64,000 nucleotides of DNA, taken from Mobula hypostoma (taxonomy: Eukaryota). The position numbers and the translations under genes are program-made. Of this stretch, positions 12,051-23,669 are shown piece after piece. The stretch is taken from contig NC_086128.1 in NCBI RefSeq assembly GCF_963921235.1, positions 70,370,001 through 70,434,000 of the forward strand, given 5' to 3'. Below the pieces are notes generated by a model. The model worked only from the letters and a program-made list of their open reading frames with translations, was not told the origin of the DNA and did no database searches. Every line of letters begins with the position of its first letter. The first letter of the stretch is position 1.

Positions 12051-12556
12051 GTCCACTGCTCTCTGCAGTTTCTTACTGTATGTGTCTGTGCATTCGAATT
12101 ACCATACCAGACCATGATACAGCCAGTTAGGACCCTGCTCTAGAAGCTCGTTTTAGTGTCGGTGATACTGACCATCCTTACCCTCTGTCCTTTCTTCTTC
12201 CCACATACATCTGCAACTTTCTCTCCCTGATGACACTGAATTCCTTTCGAAGGGCTTGGTTGACCCTCGGCCTCTTCCTGTTACCCATCCTCGGCCCTTA
12301 TTGCCATAAACATCTCCATCTCCTCATCTGCGTCTTGCACCACTGGTCACTGAGTCCTCCACTAATGGGAACTACTAGGAAACTAGTTACTGTCAAACAG
12401 AGGGTCAGAAGTGATCTTTGGGCAGATTACAATCAGTCTTCGTTAACCACTAGCCATGAGTATCCTTGATTGAGGAATTGAAGTTGATTGAGACCTCTCT
12501 TAGCTAATTTTATAAATAGTGAATATTTACTATGGACTAATTTCTGCTGGTTTTAG

Positions 12557-13225
12557 ATTGATGATCCGACCGCCAGTCCTGCAATGATTCACAGCAAGAA
12601 AAAGGCCAGTCAAAAACAAGCGATGGTCGCAGATTACAGAAAATCAGGTTATGAACAAGGACATCTGTACCCGTTTGACTTCAATGAAGGAGATGATCAG
12701 AGAGCCAGCTTCACCCTCACTAATGCAATCCCTATGAGTGGTTCTGCTAATAAGAAATGGTATCATTATGCGGAGAAATTCATTAAAATATTGGCGGAGA
12801 AATGTCAGAACAATGGCAGTCAGATGTACGTGGTAACGGGCTCTGCTAATTACACAGGGGGAAGTATGAGCAATAAGGTTGCGGTGCCTGAGCTGATATG
12901 GTCAGCTGCTTGCTGCACCTCATCTGGGAGTCCGGTTGTGCATAGTTCAACACTGAATACCAAGCTGGACTTTTCCATTGCATACATGAAAGAGTTGCTG
13001 ACCAATAAGAATGCAACACGGATATCAGTACGGCAGCTGCAGAGAAAACTGAACGTGACGATCTTTCAGCAGTGCAGGGGAACAAGTCAAAATGACGAAG
13101 TGGAGAACAATCGACTGGTGAACGCTTTGCTAAATGAAATACCAAGACCTAGGTTAAAAAGGAAGAGACAGAGTTCGTGTGTTGCTCAGTCGTATATTTT
13201 GCCCCGCCAGTCTAACAGCAAGTAA
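12557..13225 (+). CDS. ENDOD1: ENDOD1-like exon 2 (catalytic domain); 325 aa with exon 1 if the stop at 13223 is used
   Basis: Acceptor ttttag|ATT GAT GAT is in frame with ORF 12584-13225. Motifs QA..ADY..SGYEQGHLYP, SFTLTNAIP, YVVTG and VAVPELIWSAACC. Confidence 0.93.
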   Translation: MDDPTASPAMIHSKKKASQKQAMVADYRKSGYEQGHLYPFDFNEGDDQRASFTLTNAIPMSGSANKKWYHYAEKFIKILAEKCQNNGSQMYVVTGSANYTGGSMSNKVAVPELIWSAACCTSSGSPVVHSSTLNTKLDFSIAYMKELLTNKNATRISVRQLQRKLNVTIFQQCRGTSQNDEVENNRLVNALLNEIPRPRLKRKRQSSCVAQSYILPRQSNSK

Positions 13226-13416
13226 TAGTTGCTAGTCCCTTCTCCCGCTCTCCTTTTGCATTCCCCTCGTACTCCTTCTCTTCACCTCCCTCATGTGTCC
13301 CTTCTCCTTCCCTTTTTCCCCATAAAGCACTCTCCTCTCCTAACATATTCCTTCTTCAGTCCTTGGATTAGAAATAGGCCATTCAGCACATTGAATCTTT
13401 TCTGCTATATCCATCA

Positions 13417-14055
13417 TAAGACATAAGAAATAGGAGCAGGAGTAGGCCATCCGGCCTATCGAGCTTGCCCCGCCATTCAATAAGATCATGGCTGATCTGT
13501 CCGTAAACTCAGCTCCATCTAGCTGTCTTTCCCCATAACCCTTAATTCCCTTACTATGTAAAAATCTATCTAACTGTTTCTTAAATATATTTAGTGAAGA
13601 AGCCTCAACTGCTTCCCTGGACAGAAAATTCCACAGATTCACCACTCTCTGGGAGAAACAGTTTCTCCTCATCTTCGCCCTAAATCTTCTCCCCTGAATC
13701 TTGAGGCAATGTCCCCCAGTTCTAGTCTTACCTACCAGTGGAAACAACTTATCTGCTTCTATCTTATCTATCCCTTTCAAATTTTGCATGTTTCCATAAG
13801 CTCTCTTCTCGTTCATCTGAATTCCAGAGAGTATAGTCCCAGGCGACAAAATCTCTCCTCATAGGTTAACCCCTTCATCCCTGGAATCAACCTGGTGACC
13901 TTCCTCTGCACTGCCTCCAAAGCCAGTATATCCTTCCTCAAATATGGAGACCAGAATTGCACACAGTACTCCAGGTGCGGCCTCACCAGTACCCTGTATA
14001 GTTGCAGCATGACCTCCCTGCTCTTGAATTCAATCCCTCTAGCAATAAAGGCCAT
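13417..14055 (-). mobile_element. CR1 LINE 3' end
   Basis: LYRVLVRPHLEYCVQFWSP...FSQRVVNLWN, followed by the 3' UTR and short repeat tail. Confidence 0.93.
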
Positions 14056-14069
14056 TTCATTTGATGCAT

Positions 14070-14815
14070 TAACCCTTCAACCCCATTCCTTGCCTACCGA
14101 CACAACCGATCAACAGATGACGCAATAGCGACAGCTCTACACACTGTTCTTACATATCTGGAGAAATATAGGAAAATAGAAAAACTAGAGCACAATACAG
14201 GCCCTTCGGCTGACTATGCTGAACATGTACTTACTTAGAAATTACCTAAGGATGCTTATATGAGAGCACTGTTCAATATTCAACACCATAATTCCGTCCA
14301 GGCTTGACAAAAAGCTCAGAGACGTCGGCCTTCACCCTGCCTTGTGCAGCTAGATCCTGGACTTCCTGTCAGATCGCCAGCAGGTGGCAAGAGTGGTCTC
14401 CCTAACCTCTGCCCCTTTGATCCTCAACAAAGGTGCCTCTCAGGGCGGTGTCCAAAGCCGCCTCCTTTACTATCTGTTTATGACTATGTCGCCACCCACA
14501 GCTCTAACCTGCTAACTAAATTTGCTGACGATACTACATTGATTGGCCTAATCTCAAATAATAACAAGGCAGCCTACAGAGAAGTCATCACCCGGACACA
14601 GCGGTGTTAAGAAAACAACCTCTCCCTCAATATCACAAAAACAAAGGAGCTGGTTGTGGATTACAGGAGGAATGGAGATAGGCTAACCCCTGTTGGCATC
14701 AATGGATCTGGGGTTGAGAGGGTGAACAGCTTTCAATTGCTTGGCATCCACATCACCGGCTGTGTGGTGGAAAAAGCACAAGAGTGTCTCTTTCACCTCA
14801 GATGGTTGAAGAGTT
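14070..14815 (+). mobile_element. Rex1/Babar-like LINE RT fragment
   Basis: YDYVATHSSNLLTKFADDTTLIGLISNNN.AYRE, KTKELVVDYRR and VERVNSFQLLGIHIT. Confidence 0.85.
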
Positions 14816-14847
14816 TAGAAGCAAATCCCTTCCCCTTTTTGCTTTAG

Positions 14848-14905
14848 GAAGGAAGATGAAAATGGCCACATGAATCAGGAACAGCAGCTTCTGTCTTGCA
14901 ATTAA
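14848..14905 (+). CDS. ENDOD1: Putative ENDOD1-like terminal exon 3 (KEDENGHMNQEQQLLSCN*)
   Basis: Strong acceptor tcccttcccctttttgctttag|G is phase-compatible with donor CAA|GTAATA at 13221/13222. An AT-rich tract and AATAAA at 15306 follow. Confidence 0.5.
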
Positions 14906-15305
14906 CAAAAAATAACTTATTAGTAATTTTAAACTTTGTAAGTATTGATGCAAATCTATGCATAAGGTCCATTGGGAAGTGAATTCCTCCTGTAGATCTT
15001 ATGTTTTTTGCTTTAGGGATTCGATTTGTTGGTTTATATGCAATCCACATTACATAAATGGATTTAATCATCGGATACTTCTTGCACACATTTTTAATGT
15101 AGTTTGCATGGGCTTTGAGTTACCCAGTTTGCATATATTTACAGATGATAATTTTGTCAATCAATTGCCAATGAATTTTATTAATTAATGTCTGCCTCGT
15201 GAGGAAATCAGCGATAGCTGGACATTCAATGTAACACAACGAAAAGCGGAGAGTTCACAGATCATTAATAGTGAAGTTTGTAATCCATTGTGTGATTCTT
15301 CATCA

Positions 15306-15311
15306 AATAAA
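15306..15311 (+). terminator. Candidate polyadenylation signal for the ENDOD1-like gene
   Basis: AATAAA at the end of the unique AT-rich tract after putative exon 3. Confidence 0.4.
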
Positions 15312-15409
15312 AATCTACAATTTATATCCCTTGTGTTAATGTCTGCAAACTATCTTTGGCAGTCTCGGGGATCAAACCTGTCACACACAGATTCTAAGGC
15401 CAGGACACC

Positions 15410-15965
15410 ATAAAACCATGATTTAAGACTGAAAATAGGCCACTTGGCCCATCAGGTATGCTCCACCATTTAGTCATGGCTGATCCTTTCTCATTCCCAT
15501 TCTCTCACATTCTCTCTGTAACCCTCAACTCCTTTACCAATCAAGAAACTATTGACCGCTGCTTTAAATGCGCTCAATGAGTTGGCTTCCACAGGCACCT
15601 GTGCCAATGAATTCCGCAGATTCACCACCTTCTGGCTAAAGAAATTCCTGCTCATCTCTGTTCTAAAGGGATATTCCTTTATTCTGAGGCTGTAACATCA
15701 GACCCTAGACTCTCATACTAACGGAAACATCCTCTCCAAATCCACTCTATCCAGGCCTTCCATCGAACACAGGCTTGGAGTTTTCCAATGCTTCTTACAG
15801 GCTGATCTTTTCATTCCTGGGATCGTTCTCATGAACCTCCTCTGGATTCTCTTTATCTCTCCAATACCAGCTCATCCTTCCTTAAATATGGCCCAACTAC
15901 TTCAAATACAGTCTGAGCAAAGCCTTATAAAGCCTCAGCAGCACATCCTTAGTCCATATTTCAGT
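15410..15965 (-). mobile_element. Degraded CR1 3' fragment
   Basis: Reverse complement of the CR1 RT C-terminus (FFSQKVVNLRNS) and 3' UTR. Confidence 0.8.
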
Positions 15966-16254
15966 CATCCCAAAATTAGTGCCGACTGGGTCCTCCGGTT
16001 AGAGAATAGAAAGATGAACATTGCTTTGTCAAAGACACTGGCAATTTGTCAAAGTGAGAATTCTCCACGTCGGGAGAAGCAAAGGATGCAGAACGGCCAA
16101 GATAACTGTGCCTCTCTGAGAGGGGTTGAGAGGGAGGATGATGGGCTGATCCAAGGGAGTGATGGATGATCGAGGAGTGGACTAAACTTGGACTGACGAA
16201 GCGTAATGCACTGGTCTGGAAATACGGAAGTGTTAAAGGGTCCTGGGTGAATGA

Positions 16255-16820
16255 GTGCTGGAGAGTGAGGGAAGGGAGAGGGGCAGAGGGGGTGGAGGGA
16301 GGGAAAGAAAGAGAAGGAGAGGGAAGAAGATAGAGATAGGGGAGGGGGATGGAGGTGCAGGGAGATTGAAGGAGGTAGAGGAAGGGGGTGGAGGGGAGGG
16401 GTAGGAAAAGGGAGAGTGTGGAAAGGAGCGCAAAGGAAGATCGAGAGATAGAGAAGGAGGGGGACAGAGAGAGTGGGAGAAGGGAGGGCGAAGTAGGGGT
16501 GGGAGGGGGAGGGAGTGAGACTGAGGGGAGAGAGAGGGAAATGACTGATGCAAGAGGGAGGGTGTGTAACTGATGCAGGGAAGAGAGGGACTACAACTGG
16601 CTGATTCAGGAGTGAAAAAGAGTCGCAGGCTGATCCCAGAGAGTAACGGATCATAGTGTGGATAATAGGCAGCTCCAGGAGTGAGGGATAGGTTCATGTG
16701 GTGACTCAGGAGTGAAGTGAGAGAGTGGGAGTGGGAGTGAGAGTGCGTGCGTGTGTGAGAGAGAGAGTGAGGGTGAGAGACAGAGCGAGAGAGAGAGCGC
16801 GCGAGGGAGAGAATATGAGA
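16255..16820. repeat. Polypurine low-complexity tract and (GA)n/(GT)n microsatellites
   Basis: Almost pure G/A at 16255-16560; dinucleotide runs at 16715-16815. Confidence 0.85.
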
Positions 16821-17096
16821 GTATTGCCCGATCTATGAAAGTGGGCAGGTATCTAATGTGTCTTAAATAAGGAGTCTGAGCTTCATCCTTTGGAAGATTA
16901 ATTTGATTTCTTCATATCTGATGATTGCCCAAGCCTGGACACACAGTGTGTACAGATCAAATCAGCCATATAATTCTCCAAAAGCACCATCACCCAGCTG
17001 GCTCACCCGGGAACATTATCAGTGAGATATACACAACAATAAATATTACTAGAGGAGATGTCTTCTAGAGGGATTGTTTTCTGAGAACTCACATTT

Positions 17097-18245
17097 TGTT
17101 ACAAGGGGGATGTTGGGAGCGGATCCAAATGCAAGACACAGACACTGAAGTACTAGAAACTAGACTAGGCTTATCGAGATAGCAAGCAGAGTAAGGAAGA
17201 AGTGAAAAGGAAGAAGTGAAGCTGGACGTTGACACAGGCTCTGGACGAGACTAGGATTCAGGGCCTGGGCCAGGACTTGGACTAGAAACAGGGGACACGG
17301 ACGGGGAACCAGGAACAAGGAGCCTGGACTAGGAATACAGAACTCTGGAACCGGAGCTTGGAGCAGGGCCCGGAACCTCAGCCTTGGTTCGGAACCGGAA
17401 CCCAGGTCTAGGCTAGGACTCGGGACAAGGATCTTGGGAAGGACAGGACGTGGCTACAGGACAGGACGAGGTACCAGGCCGTGGCTTAGACTGGACGAGG
17501 TACTAGGACTAGGAAGTCCAGGGCAGGAAGAGGAACTCCAGGGCAGGACGTGGCTTTTGGACTAGGATTGGCTCGGGTCTTGGACTCGACTTGGTTAGGC
17601 TCTTGGGTACAGAGCCGGGACTCCTCCTTGGAGCGCAGGGCCAGGACCCTTTCTTGGATGCAGGGCCGGGATGACTGCCAAGGTAAACTGCCGAGGATTC
17701 GGATGGGTACGATCCAGCACAGGGCAAGGAATCTCCAGCACCAGGCTGGGCAAGGAACTGCTGGGCTGGGCGAGGAACCAGAACTGGATGAGGACACGAA
17801 GCTCGGACTTGGACAGGGCTGGAACACAGAGCCTTGGACTTGGAGCACAGGAACACAGAGCTGGGCCCCTCCTTGGGGACAGGACATAGGGCCGGGACTC
17901 ATACACAGAACACAGAGTCAGGACCCTTCCTTGGGAACAGGACCTAGGGCCAGGACTCTTCTTTGACACAGACACTAAACACGGGGACACAAAAGAGATA
18001 GTTCCTAACTCAACAACAGATAGTTCCTTATCTTAGCGTGACAAGGCTCAGGTCTCATTCCAGTGGTTGAACTTGACAGGGATTCAGGTGAGACTTCAGA
18101 AGGAAACAGTCCAGCAGGGATCCTTGGTTTGAGAGGTATTTATGTGCCAGCCACAATAAGAATCGGGTGCCTATGATTAAGCCCAAGTGAAACAAGGGAC
18201 AGCCGGAAGACCCGGAGTCCGGAGTCCACGGACCGAACCGTGACA
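17097..18245 (-). mobile_element. Solo LTR (Gypsy-type), about 1.15 kb
   Basis: Termini TGTTAC...GTGACA and 5-bp flanks CATTT/TATTT. The minus strand starts TGTCACG and has CATAAATA about 100 bp in. Homologous to 42949-45329. Confidence 0.8.
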
Positions 18246-19485
18246 TATTTTCCATTACACAAAACCCCATTTCACATTCTAATAAGTAGAAATATGTTCC
18301 AACCAAATTATTCTCAATAATACTCATAAGAAATATATTTATCATCAAAATAAGTACATGTCACCATATACTACCCAGGGACTAATTTTCTTGCAGGCAT
18401 TCACAGTAGATGCAAAGAAACACAATAGATTCAATGAAAAACACAGACAAACAACCAATGTGCAAAGGAAGACAAACTGTGCACGTAAATAAAGATAGAT
18501 AGATAGATAATCAATATTCGGAACATGATTTGCAGAGTCCTGACAGTGGGTCCATAGGTTGTGGACTCAGTTCAGTGTTGAGGTGAGTAAAGTTACCCGC
18601 ACTGGTACAGGAGCCTGACGCCTGAGAGGGATAATCACTGTTCATGAACCTGGTGTTGTGAGCCCTGAGGCTCCTGTTGGCAGCAGCAAGAAGAGAGCAT
18701 GTCTTGGGTAGTGAGGGTCCTCGATAATGAAGGCTGCTTTCCTGCGACAGCGCTCTGTGTAGATGTGCTTAATGGTGGGGAGGGCTTTACGTGTGGTGGC
18801 CTAGGCTGTATCCACTACTTTTTGTAGAATTTTCCATTCAAGGCGATTGGACAGCTTCTGTACACTGTTATAAGGTTAATATGATCAGGAGGATCCTCGA
18901 CTTCACAATCCACAGGCAGTCCCCATGTTACAACACGGATCCACTTTTGGGGACCATTTGTACACTGAATAGTTAGTAAACTGGGAATGGACAGCGTGGA
19001 TGGTGTGTGGGTGAAGGTCACCCATTGTCTGCCTGCACTGCACTTTCTCTGTAACTGCTACACTTCATTCTGTTTTCTCTTAATGCTCCACCTCTGTATG
19101 AACCGTACGCAAAACAAAGTGTTTCCACAGTCTCTTGGTACATGTGACAGCAATAAACCAATAGCAATGCCTTGACAACCATGGGTAATTCTGGGGTCAA
19201 AGACGATCTTTGAACCCTTGGGAGAACTCCTCCAGCCTCCTGGGGAGGTGATACCTGGAGTCTGATCTGTGTAAATGATGAAGTGACCGGTGTGAATACA
19301 GTTGGGGATAGTCAGTAATTGCAATCATTTGTAAGTATGCACACCCTTTCTGTGAATAAGCTTTCTCCGATCTGCCTTTTAACCTCTCACCTCTGATCTT
19401 ACACCCATATCGTCTTGTTTTTATCACCTACCTCTGTGGGAAAAGAACTATGTGCTTCACCCTGTCTATGCCCCTTGCAGTCATC

Positions 19486-19846
19486 TTATAGGTGTATAAG
19501 ATGGTGAGAGGCATTGATCGTGTGGATAGTCAGAGGCTATTTCCCCAGGGATGAGATGGCTAGCAGGAGAGGGCACAGTTTTAAGGTGCTTGGAAGTAGG
19601 TAGAGAGGAGACGTCAGGAGTAAGTCTTTTACTCAGAGAGTGGAGTATGCATGGAATTGGCTGCCGGCAACGGTGGTGGAGACAGATACGATAGTGTCTT
19701 CTAAGAGACTTCTAGACAGGTACATGGAGCTCAGAGAAGTAGATGGCTATGGGTAACCCTAGATAATTTCTAAGGTAAGGACATGTTAGGCACAGCTTTG
19801 TGGGCCGAAGGGCCTGTATTGTGCTGTAGGTTTTCTATGTTTCTAT
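19486..19846 (+). mobile_element. CR1 3' end
   Basis: LIGVYKMVRGIDRVDSQRLF... with a ttctatgtttctat tail. Confidence 0.9.
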
Positions 19847-20450
19847 CTACCTCGATCAGGCCCTACTGAATATGTAGGACCTGTACTACATATCTTGGAG
19901 GACCCGATTGAACATCAACCCTCTGACCAACACTGTAAATGTCTATTCTAAGGATCAGATACTGGAGATGAGAACTGACAGTCACCTTGCAATCTCCACT
20001 ATTCTGGTGGGTCCATTTTAGTGTTAACAAAGACGAAATGGGCGCTGTCCATTCAGAGCCACCGGGTAATGACACGGTTTTATTCCTAGTTACCATTTGT
20101 ACGCTGAAGAGTTGGTAAATGGGGAATGGACAGCATTGACGGTGTGTGGGGGAAGGCCACAGAAACAGCCAGCACCCCCGATTCGGTGAGTGAGCGAGTG
20201 TGTCTGGACAGTGCTCCTGGCTCTGCTCAGCTCCAGGGACGGGAGACAGAGCACACGGAAATGCCCCATTTCCATCCGGCAGATTATGCCTGCAGCCTCA
20301 CAGTAACCGGCAAACCCCTATTGTCGGTCTCTGAACACTCGATCACATGTGGAGACTGCCCGAAATTCTGGTGTTTGTAACTCAGGGAGGTCCGGCACTT
20401 AGCAAGATCATTTAGTCTCTCTGCTAGAAACTGGCGAATTTCCGCCTCCA

Positions 20451-21031
20451 CGAGGAATTCTGCAGATGCTGGAAATTCAAGCAACACACATCAAAGTTGC
20501 TGGTGAATGTCATGCCATCAGGTTGGAGGCTGCCCAGACGGAATATAAGGTGTTGTTCCTCCAACCTGAGTGTGACACACTCAGGTTGTAGGAACAACAC
20601 CTTATATTCCGTCTGGGCAGCCTCCAACCTGATGGCATGAACATTGTCTTCTCTAACTTCCGCTAATGCCCCACCTCCCCCTCGTACCCCATCCGTTTTT
20701 TATTTATATACACATATTCTTTCTCTCTCTCTCCTTTTTCTCCCTCTGTCCCTCTGTCCCTTGTCCATCCTCTGGGTTTTCTCCTCTCCCCCTTTTCCTT
20801 CTCCCTGGGCCTCCTGTCCCATGATCCTCTCATATCCCTTTTGCCAACCACCTGTCCAGCTCTTGGCTCCATCCCTCCGCCTCCTGTCTTCTCCTATCAT
20901 TTTGGATCTCCCCCTCCCCCTCCCACTTTCAAATCTCTTACTAGCTCTTCCTTCAGTTAGTCCAGCCCGAAACGTCGACTGTACCTCTTCCTAGAGATGC
21001 TGCCTGGCCTGCTGCATTCACCAGCAACTTT
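20451..21031 (+). mobile_element. Penelope insertion with 5' inversion and 14-bp TSD
   Basis: TSD AATTTCC(G/A)CCTCCA at 20437-20450 and 21032-21045. An inverted terminal piece precedes the GIY-YIG tail and terminal repeat. Confidence 0.88.
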
Positions 21032-21194
21032 AATTTCCACCTCCAATCTGGTTTCACTGGCAGAGGCACCAACCTTATTTTGAAGATGGATCTGATGGTG
21101 TGTTAGTATTAACCAGTGTTTCAGACAATCCCTGAAAATAACTTCACCAATACCTGTCAGTGATATTCCTCAGTCCAAGGAATGTTTTCCCCAG

Positions 21195-21498
21195 CAACAC
21201 ACACAAAATGCTGGAGGAAATCCGCAAGGCAGGCAGTATCTATGGAAATGAATAAACAGTCAACATTTCAGGCCAAGATCCTTCTTCAGGACTGGAGACG
21301 AAGGGGCCAGAAGCCAGAATAAGAAGGTGGGGAGGGGGGATAGGTGGAAGAGGTAAAGGCCCGAAGAAGAAGGATTTTGATAGGAGAGAATAGAGCACAA
21401 AAGAAAGGGAAGAAGGAGGGGCACCAGAGGCAGGTGGTAGGCAGGTGAGGAGAAGACAAGGGGTGAGTGAGGAGTCAGAACGGGGAATGGAAAAAGAG
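21195..21498 (-). mobile_element. Penelope terminal-repeat fragment
   Basis: Related to 463-1035 and flanked by the direct repeat GGAATGTT (21179 and 21499). Confidence 0.75.
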
Positions 21499-21769
21499 GG
21501 AATGTTCTTCGGCCTGCCTCTTCCCACCAGGTTGGGTCGGATCGTGCCATAACTACTCAAGATGTTCCAATCTATATTTACTGCTTCATTGACACCTCAG
21601 TAATTCCAGCCACTTCAACATTTTCATCACAGCATGTTTTCAGATCGAGCTGTAGTGTTTTAAATTCAGCTGTTTCCGTTCACTCGGTTCCATACTTAGT
21701 CTCGCTCATTGGTGTCACTGCATACTGTCTCAATCTCAGAGTCACATCCCCTCCATTCACTTTCATCTG

Positions 21770-22125
21770 AAGATGAGAGGTGACTTGATAGAGGTGTACA
21801 GGATAATAAGAGGCACAGATCGACTGGGCAGGAGGAGACTTTTTCCCAAGGAGGAAATGGCTAATACCAGAGGGCATAATTTTAAGCTGATAGACGGAGA
21901 ATGTACGGGAGATATCAGAGGTAAGTTCTTTATACAGAGAGTGATGGATGTTGTTCGAGGCTGGTACATTAGCGAAATTTAAGAGACTGTCAGATAGGCA
22001 CATGGATGATAGAAGATGGAGGATTATGTGGGAGGGAAGGGTTAGGCTGATCTCAGAGTCGGTTAAAAAGTGAGGACAAGATGGTGGACTGAAAGCCTGT
22101 ACTATGCCTAATGTTCCATGTATTT
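21770..22125 (+). mobile_element. CR1 3' end
   Basis: MRGDLIEVYRIIRG..NTRGHNFK..FFIQRV. Confidence 0.88.
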
Positions 22126-22204
22126 TTGTTAAATCAGCTGACTTGTCATCAAACACCGTGAATTCTTGGCTCAACATTATGATCCACATTTGCATCCTAT
22201 AACA

Positions 22205-22878
22205 ATATTAGATTAGATTATGAGAACACTCAGCCCTCTCTTATTGTCATTTAGAAATGCATACATGCATTAAGAAACGATACAATGTTTCTCCGGAGTG
22301 ATATCACAGAAAACAGGACAGACCAAAGACTAACACTGACAAAACCACATAATTATAACATATAGTTACAGCAGTGCAAAGCAATACCATAATTTGATGA
22401 AGAACAGTCCATAGGCACAGTAAAAAAAAAAGTCTCAAAGTCCCCAGGTCGATCAACTCCCGAGTCCCCGATAGTGGCGGCAAAAGGGAGAAACTCGCTG
22501 CCATAAACCTCCAGGCACCGTCAACTTTCCGATACCTTGGAAGCAGCCGACCACAGCCGACACTGAGTCCATCCGTTCGAAAATTTCGAGCTTCCGAACA
22601 GCCTCTCCGATACAGCCTCCCGAGTGCCATCCTCTGCCGAGCGCCTTTGACCTCTCCCTGGCCGTTGAAACACGCAAAGCCGAGGATTTCGAGGCCTTCA
22701 GCTCCAGAGTTTCTGGTTACCACACAGTAGCAGCGGTAGCAAAGCAGACATTTCAGAAGTTTTCCAGATGTTCCACTATGCACTCACGTCTGTCTCCATC
22801 AAATCAGGAATTGTGCACGGTCCCCTACTTGACAGATAACAGATATTCATCACCGGAGAGGCCGCGCGCGCTGTCGTA
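22205..22878 (-). mobile_element. Unclassified non-autonomous retroposon with a (TCTAA)n tail
   Basis: Second copy at 29420-29972, short-repeat tail on the minus strand, no coding capacity. Confidence 0.6.
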
Positions 22879-23570
22879 ACCATATAACCATATCATAGTT
22901 ACAGCACGGAAACAGGCCATCTGGGCCCTTCTAGTCTGGGCCGAACGCATTACTCTCACCTAGTCCCACCGACCTGCACTCAGCCCATAACCCTCCATTC
23001 CTCTCCTGTCCATATACCTATCCAATTTTTCTTTAAATGACAATATCCAACCTGCCTCCACCACCTCTACCGGAAGTTCGTTCCACACAGCCACCGCTCT
23101 CTGAGTAAAGCAGTTCCCCCTCGTCTTACCCCTAAACTTTTGGCCCCTAACTCTCAACTCATGTCCTCTTGTGTGAATCTCGTCTACTCTCTACGTAAAA
23201 AGCCTATCCATGTCAACTCTATCTATCCCCCTCATAATTTTAAATACCTCTATCAAATCCCCCATCAACCTTCAACGCTCCAAAGACTAAAGACCTAACT
23301 TGTTCAATCTTTCTCTGTAACTTAGGAGCTGAAACCCAGGTAACATTCTAGTAAATCTTCTCTGTACTCTCTCTATCTTGTTGACATCTTTCCTACAATT
23401 CGGTGACCAGAACTGAACACAACACTCCCAATCTGGCTTTACCAATGCCTTGTACAATTTTAACATTACATCCCAACTCCTATACTCAGTGCTCTGAATT
23501 ATAAAGGCCAGCATACCAAAAGCTTTCTTCACCACCCTATCCACATGAGATTCCACCTTCAGGGAAGGTT
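22879..23570 (-). mobile_element. CR1 3' fragment
   Basis: VDRVVKKAFGMLAFI...CVQFWSP; same subfamily as 51800-52700. Confidence 0.92.
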
Positions 23571-23669
23571 TTACTACTTTACCACTTTAACTTTACTATT
23601 TCAATATTAGTACCTAACGATTGAACCTTCCTAACTAACCTTTTGTGTAGAACCTTGTCAAAGGCCTTA

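Noticed and set aside
16049-16697. Pro/Ser/Leu-rich 201 aa and 154 aa ORFs
   Set aside because: They arise from a polypurine low-complexity tract.
17486-17990. Overlapping ORFs in the LTRs (also 43468-44750)
   Set aside because: Internal short repeats of a non-coding LTR; frames are not conserved between the two copies.
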